From contig NC_088308.1 of the NCBI RefSeq assembly GCF_910592395.1, forward strand, positions 1,302,001 to 1,366,000: DNA of 64,000 bases, in the 5' to 3' direction. This document shows positions 57,869 through 64,000 of this stretch, piece after piece (the first letter of the stretch is position 1; every line of letters starts with the position of its first letter). Position numbers and translations under genes: made by a program. A model generated the notes under the pieces. That model ran no database searches, had not been told where the DNA came from, and was given only the letters and a program-made list of their open reading frames with translations. This stretch comes from Lineus longissimus (lineage: Eukaryota).

Positions 57869-60800
57869 ATGGCAGACTCCTTACCATTCAATCATGAAGC
57901 TTTGATGAGTCGGCATGACACCGGCTACAGCGATGGAGAAGTCAGCTATATGTCAGATGATAGTAGCTGCGATGGTGATCACCGATACTGCAGCGAAGAC
58001 CACTCGAAGGGGATCTTGGAAGGACTAGATAGCTTGCGGCAAGAAGGCCGATTCTGTGATGTGAGGATCTGTGTTGAGGATCGTGAGTTTCCGTGCCATC
58101 GGGCAGTGCTTGCTGCATATAGTGCATATTTCCGAGCCATGTTTTCCAGTGAACTCATGGAGAGTAAGCAAGATAAAGTCACCTTGAATGGTGTTGAGGC
58201 GCAGATGATTTCATTATTGATTGACTATGCATATACCGGAGAGATCCTTCTGACCAAGACCAATGTCCAATCCCTCCTAGCGGCAGCAAGCCTCTTGCAG
58301 GTTTTACCCGTGCAAGAGGCATGCTGTAAATTCATGGCTAAAAATATGGACGAGTCAAACTGTTTGGGTATTTGGTGTTTTGCTGAACAAATGTCTTGTA
58401 CGGCTTTACAGAAGAAAGCAAAAAACTTCACGCTGCTTCATTTTAAAGATGTGTATGCATCAGAAGAGTTTGGCAGCCTTCAGCATACAAAGTTAACAGA
58501 ACTGATCTCAAGTGATGAATTAGAGGTGGATAATGAAGAACTCGTTTACAATGCTGTTGTTAGGTGGCATGAGAGTGACGTTGACTGCCATAAGGACCAA
58601 TTTGAGTTGGTCTTCGAACACATACGCCTACCGCTCATCAGTCCATACTTCATGTTCGATTGTGTCGAGAAATATCCTGCCGTTGTCAGTTCAAATAAAT
58701 GTCGCCAGTTAGTGGAAGAGGCCAAAGTTTACCATTTGTTACCAGACAGACGCTCAGAACTACGCTCAGCAAGGACGAGACCAAGAAAAGCTTCAGGTAC
58801 TTCTCTCATGTGTCATGTCGCCTACCCGAGAGTGCAACTCGACCTTGACAAATAAAGCCTCCCTGTTTGGAATGGCTTTCAATTTGAACGAGGTCTGTGT
58901 TTTAGAAACTTATCCTTGTATACAAGTTTAAACTCAAGAAGGTCTATGGCATAAAGACCTCCTAAAGTTCAATTATTTCAAATGAACAAGCCAGTTCCTT
59001 CTCTCTTACAGCAACATCTCTACATTTGACTGATTTTGCAACAGGAATTGTTTGTTGCGTGAGTAGGTCATTTTATTTTTCAGTGACGTGATACTGATGT
59101 GCTAACTCTTTTCCCTCTCTCAGATACAGTTGAAGTGGTTGTCGCGGTTGGAGGAGAAGACGATAAAGTTGTCTTGCGAAGTGTTGAGAGTTACAACCCC
59201 CAAGTGAAAGAATGGAGAACGTTGGCGTGTCTTCCTTTTGCTGTCAGTAAACATGGTTTAGTTGTTTCAGGTGAGTTGTGATGGGCTAGAGAGAATACTG
59301 CATGGGACTCCGTGTTGAAACACTGACAATCGTTGCTATACAGACTCATAGACTCACTATAATAATTGTAAGCATTTTGAATGTATTTAGCCTTTACTGC
59401 TTTACTCTTGAAAGTAACATTTCAGTAAATGTATACCGACCACTATGTGTGTCTGTATATCCACAACTTCTATATTTTCAGGAAATAATCTGCTGTATCT
59501 TGCTGGTGGTGAGTTTCCTGACGGTTCTGCCAGCAAGGCTTTCTGGAGGTATGATCCGACTATGGATACCTGGCAACAAATGGAATCCATGAACGTACCA
59601 AGATCCGAGCTAGGTTTGACAATATTGACAAATTCCTATTTTCCTATTGTTTTAAGGTTTAAGAAAGCAGTTGTGAAAGGTATTGCCAACCCCTGTTGTC
59701 AGTTCTGATGTACTGTGAGATAGTTGAGAGCTCCTGCCATAGTCTCCGTTTAGTAGTGTTGGATGTACAGAAGAACCTCTCTATTAGGATCACCCTTTGG
59801 GCTGACGGGTGCAATCTTATGAGGTGACCTAATTATAGAGGTCAAATTCAATGGAAATGTTCAATACAGGTCTAAAAGCAGTGTCCAGTCCTAGAAGGGT
59901 GTCCTGCTAACAAAAAGACCCTCTAAGGGATTTTCTACTGAAATCACTAACTGTGAACAGGTGTCATTTCTTAATCAGTAATTTGAAAAAAACAACTTGA
60001 TTTTTGAAGCAGGAGTAGAATACTTCGACTTATTTGTGTTTGTTTCTTTCCAGGACTAGCTATGTTGGATGGCCATGTCTATGCTGTGGGTGGTTGGGAG
60101 GGATGTTCTCGACTTGACAGTGTTGAGTTCTACGATCCCAGTACTAAAGTTTGGAAGTTCGTTGCAAATATGAAAATGGCGGTGACAAGTCCTGCTGTTG
60201 TTGTGTTAGAAGGCCGCCTCTACGTAACTGGCAAGTGAAATATCATGTTTCCAGTCTTCATTCAGCTGATCTGTAACGCCCCTCGATAGATTCCTTCTGC
60301 ATTATATTTTTTGTATGCTATATGGGCACAGGCCAACCTCACGCATTTGAGCAATAGAATTATAAACCCTTTAAATAAAACATAGCCATGATTAAAAGCC
60401 AGAATCTGATGATTTCTTGTTCATGACACATCTGATGATTTATTTATTCCACCTTTATTATATATCTTGACACATTTGCGTCAGATTTTGTTTCCGATAG
60501 CAACTGTTGTTGCCAGTAGATTACATGAGAGTTGCCTCAAAAAGGAAAGCATTGTCGCAATCTCCCGACTTGACACTTCAAAGCTCTCATTGAGCATATC
60601 GTCATCGTAGCAGTTGTGCGATAATTGCTTTTTGAAGGAAACGTTTCATTCAAAATTCCAGTTAATCTATGTGAGTTTGTCTTGCAGGAGGGGCTGTGCT
60701 AGAAGATGGAGATGGAATTGACCTTGTTCAGAGTTACAACCCGAAGAATAACACCTGGACACAGCTACCGTCCATGTTAATTGCTCGATCAGGATCTGCT

Positions 60801-61717
60801 GCTTGTGTGTTGAATGGGCGTATATATGTCATAGGTAAGGGGACACTGAATCTGCCAACTTGAATCTTGGTGCATCTTCTGTGTTTACTCTTTAATCTTT
60901 GGCAATGGAGTAGGCGGATCATAGGGTCTTTTGCTCGCCTTGACGTAACAAAGGATTGTTGCTCTGACAACTCCTTTGAAGGGCGTGGCATTTGAGGTAA
61001 AGTGACTTGCCAAAGGTTGCAAGCCGTGTGATCTCAGTGTTTGAATCATGTGTCCAACACCTTAACAAATGAGTCAAATGCCCCAGCCCCCTATTTATTG
61101 AATATACTAAATCATCAGTTTCATTTGCAGGTGGATGGCATGCTTCCACTGAGAACACCAACAAGGTGGAGAGATACAATCCACGAAAACGTGAATGGGA
61201 GAGCCGGAATCCAATGAATGAGCGGCGATACCGACCAGGGGTTGCTGTGGTTGATGGCAAGATATATGTGCTGGGTGGCGAAGAGGGCTGGGACAGGTAA
61301 GGAGAGGGTGAATGGGAGGGTAGGAATCAAATGAGAGGACATTCTGCTCACCAAGCACTGGGGTGGAGCTGTCTTTGCCCAAAACCTTGGCTGGCACCTT
61401 GATTTTGACCTTCATTTAAGCTCCATCCTTGCATTGAATGGAGAGACAACCAATTCCTCCAACATGGTGTCACTTCCTTCACCTGATAAAATTATCTCCT
61501 ACCTATGACCTATGACTTTGAACGTGAATACTTCTCTGGTCTTTAAGACTGTCCATTGTTTTTGTCCAGGTACCATGACACTATTGAATGCTACGACGAA
61601 GCTAAAGATTTGTGGAGTGTCATTGGAGAGATGGCGTCGAGTAGGAGCTGGTTAAGCTGCGTGTGCATGCGCGTTAAACAGAAGAAAGAACAAGATGGAA
61701 TGGCCAGTGTTGTTTAG
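57869..61717 (+). CDS. Kelch-like protein (BTB-BACK-Kelch, Cul3 adaptor); exons 57869-58796, 59124-59270, 59482-59613, 60054-60230, 60688-60834, 61131-61296, 61570-61717
   Basis: FCDV…FPCHRAVLAA.S.YFRAMF (BTB), NCLGI…EELVYNAVVRW…IRLPL (BACK), and successive Kelch repeats with GG, Y.P and W motifs. Confidence 0.94.
59766..59941. mobile_element. MITE family copy 4 (opposite orientation)
   Basis: TACAGAAGAACCTCTCTATTAGG…GAGGTCAAATT…GTGTCCTGCT…CTACTG is the reverse-complement homolog of 3699-3867. Confidence 0.55.
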
Positions 61718-62502
61718 GAGACATGAACAATATCTAGGTGATGTGGCGGTTCATTCAGTGCTAAGAATGAATGTCCTAAACTTCAGTACAGATGCGTATA
61801 TGCTGATGCCCAAAGTCCCTTTGTATGTACGCAAAACAATCAACAGTTGATACTGGTGTTCATGATGTAGTCAGTGGCACAGACACGTGTGTTCTTTTTA
61901 TTATGTTTGATACAAAAATGTAGCATTAGTATCTATGGGTATGTGATACCATTCTCAACCACTGTGTTCATTATTCATCTATCTAAATGAGATATCTTTT
62001 ATGACAAGCAAGAATAAAAAAGATAACTTGCCTTTATTCTTGAAAACCGCTAAAATAAAAAGTATATGTAAATCTGTACATAACAATACAATAAAACGTT
62101 GTAGTAAGAAATAAAGGTTGAATTCTGTTTTGTTTATTGTTATTCTAAGGTTCTCTCCCAGGCATGTGTTTGTGCTTCATGTAGTGTGGACTGTTTTGAT
62201 GACCTGGATGTGCTGAGGAGCTTTCAAGATATTCTCTCTGCCCCCACATATTTCCTGAAGTATCCTACCAATATATCTCATTCTATTTCATAACATGCCT
62301 TATATACTAAAGTATACTGTGCCATTTAAGTCATGATTTCAACCCATTTCGTGCAGTGATACAGGTAATATGACCCAAAGCCTCGGGAGACATTCGGCAG
62401 GTTACCCTCCGTGGCGGGCAATATCTATATAATATCATCAAGTAGTGTCGATTAGTGACGTTGAATGTTCATTTCCAAAACCCGTAATGTGTTGCCTAGG
62501 TT

Positions 62503-62918
62503 CGACGTTTTCTCTTCTCAAATTAGCGAATAAGACTAAAGAGTTGCTTGCTATCGACGTTTTCTCTTCTCAAATTAGCGAATAAGACTAAAGAGTTGCT
62601 TGCTATCGACGTTTTCTCTTCTCAAATTAGCGAATAAGACTAAAGAGTTGCTTGCTATCGTCGTTTTCTCTTCTCAAATTAGCGAATAAGACTAAAGAGT
62701 TGCTTGCTATCGTCGTTTTCTCTTCTCAAATTAGCGAATAAGACTAAAGAGTTGCTTGCTATCGACGTTTTCTCTTCTCAAATTAGCAAATAAGACTAAA
62801 GAGTTGCTTGCTATCGTCGTTTTCTCTTCTCAAATTAGCGAATAAGACTAAAGAGTTGCTTGCTATCGTCGTTTTCTCTTCTCAAATTAGCAAATAAGAC
62901 TTAAGAGTAGCTTGCTAT
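62503..62918. repeat. Minisatellite, 52-bp unit x8
   Basis: Unit CG(A/T)CGTTTTCTCTTCTCAAATTAGCGAATAAGACTAAAGAGTTGCTTGCTAT in direct tandem. Confidence 0.97.
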
Positions 62919-63046
62919 ACATGAACCTGGTTATTGTCAGAGCAAGGTCATAGTACATGTAGATACCATTACATCGGCCCGACAGTAACCAGCGACCGGT
63001 AACTGTAGAAACGTCAAACCACTGAAGGCGTCTTCTTCTCTTCAAG

Positions 63047-63304
63047 GACGCCACTGATGGATTAGTATAAGAATCTTCACAACATGATGGCGGATATGCC
63101 CGTCGTGACCGAAAACGATCTCGCTCTGGATATGGTCTTTGAAAAGGGGACTTACGCTTTTCTTACGGACATGACCCAGCTCGAGTACGCTGCCCTTGCC
63201 GAGTGTCAGAAATATGTATTTGGAGACGAGGAGACCTTTAATACGGCTGGGATGCGATTTGTGATGCCCCAGGGAGACGTTTTTGCTGATGCTTTTAACT
63301 GGCA
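63047..63304 (+). pseudogene. Isolated exon of an ionotropic glutamate receptor / IR (S2 ligand-binding lobe), probably a fragment
   Basis: YKNL…ALDMV..GTYAFLTD...LEY…C…FVMPQG…DAFN resembles iGluR S2. GTAAGC donor at 63305. No upstream exons found; apparent +1 frameshift near 63065. Confidence 0.65.
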
Positions 63305-63477
63305 GTAAGCACATCTTTGGAAAATAGTTTAAGTCCTAAGACTAAACACAGGTTGATAACCTCTGACTGCTCCTGCGCGTTGAACCGCGACTGTGGTGTG
63401 AAACCATTTTTGTCATCTAGTTACAACCTATTGGATTGATGATGATGATTTTGACAAGCACTTCCTGCCACAGATTT

Positions 63478-63571
63478 AAAACATGAAGTCCTTCCATTTT
63501 GTCCCAGTCAGTCTCAGATGACGGATTTGGACGTAGAAAACATGAAGTCCTTCCATTGCGTCCCAGTCAGA
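63478..63571. repeat. Short direct duplication
   Basis: AAACATGAAGTCCTTCCATT..GTCCCAGTCAG occurs twice about 59 nt apart. Confidence 0.75.
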
Positions 63572-63600
63572 CGTGAGACCTACAATGACTTAACAAACAT

Positions 63601-64000
63601 TTAGTTTCGTCGAGAACATTTCCTGAAGAACATTTTCTTGAGCTCCTCGCGGAAGAATGGCAGGGTACAGCCATAAATAATGAAATTGATACTGTAGTTG
63701 ATGTGGCTGATCTGAACAAGGAACTGGCCAAGGTATTGGAGTAAGGCGATGTAGCTCAGGTCATATTGCGCATGGTAAGCGAGGGCTAAACAAGTCCAGA
63801 CTACTGAAGCTGGGGTTAAGAGAACAACAAACAGGGTGGAAACGGACAGCAGGGACACGACAACCCTGAGGTCCTGGGTTGTGGATTTCCCACTTTTTTC
63901 GTTCATGTTGAATCTAGATCGCCCGATTCCGATCAAAATTAAGATATTGGCTATGAAGATTAAGAAACTTGGGGCATAATTATAGAGCACCATGTCAAAC
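63601..64000 (-). CDS. Rhodopsin-class (peptide-receptor-like) GPCR, TM5 to C-terminus; continues beyond the window
   Basis: Three hydrophobic helices, TM5 P…N..I, TM6 F….P, TM7 NYSINFIIY followed by FREEL (helix 8). Confidence 0.85.
   Translation of the reverse strand, partial: FDMVLYNYAPSFLIFIANILILIGIGRSRFNMNEKSGKSTTQDLRVVVSLLSVSTLFVVLLTPASVVWTCLALAYHAQYDLSYIALLQYLGQFLVQISHINYSINFIIYGCTLPFFREELKKMFFRKCSRRN

Noticed and set aside
62503..62918. CRISPR-like array
   Set aside because: Pure 52-bp tandem repeat without spacers.

Overview
Gene-dense, intron-rich eukaryotic DNA from an invertebrate animal. A lophotrochozoan is plausible, but that is inference. Splicing exons by hand gives: an unidentified gene leaving the left edge (-), MXRA7-like (+), EME1 (-) head-to-head with MRPL27 (+), CCDC40 (-) head-to-head with TBC1D16 (+), an Aa_trans/SLC36-like amino-acid transporter (-) head-to-head with SPC24 (+), ADP-ribosylarginine hydrolase ADPRH (-) head-to-head with a BTB-BACK-Kelch gene (+), an orphan ionotropic-receptor exon (+) and the 3' part of a rhodopsin-class GPCR (-). 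Repeats include a tRNA-derived SINE, several MITEs and two minisatellites. The most notable signals are hidden from the ORF track: (1) three tandem, paralogous, 76-nt mutually exclusive exons in ADPRH covering the segment between the RSPG and GGCG motifs; (2) two duplicated mutually exclusive exons encoding TM1 of the transporter; (3) a U12-type intron in SPC24 and two GC-AG introns; (4) divergent pairs EME1-MRPL27 and CCDC40-TBC1D16 that are also head-to-head on human chromosome 17; (5) a small antisense ORF and an RFX-like motif pair inside the last EME1 intron. Gene names rest on my recognition of motifs, not on database searches.
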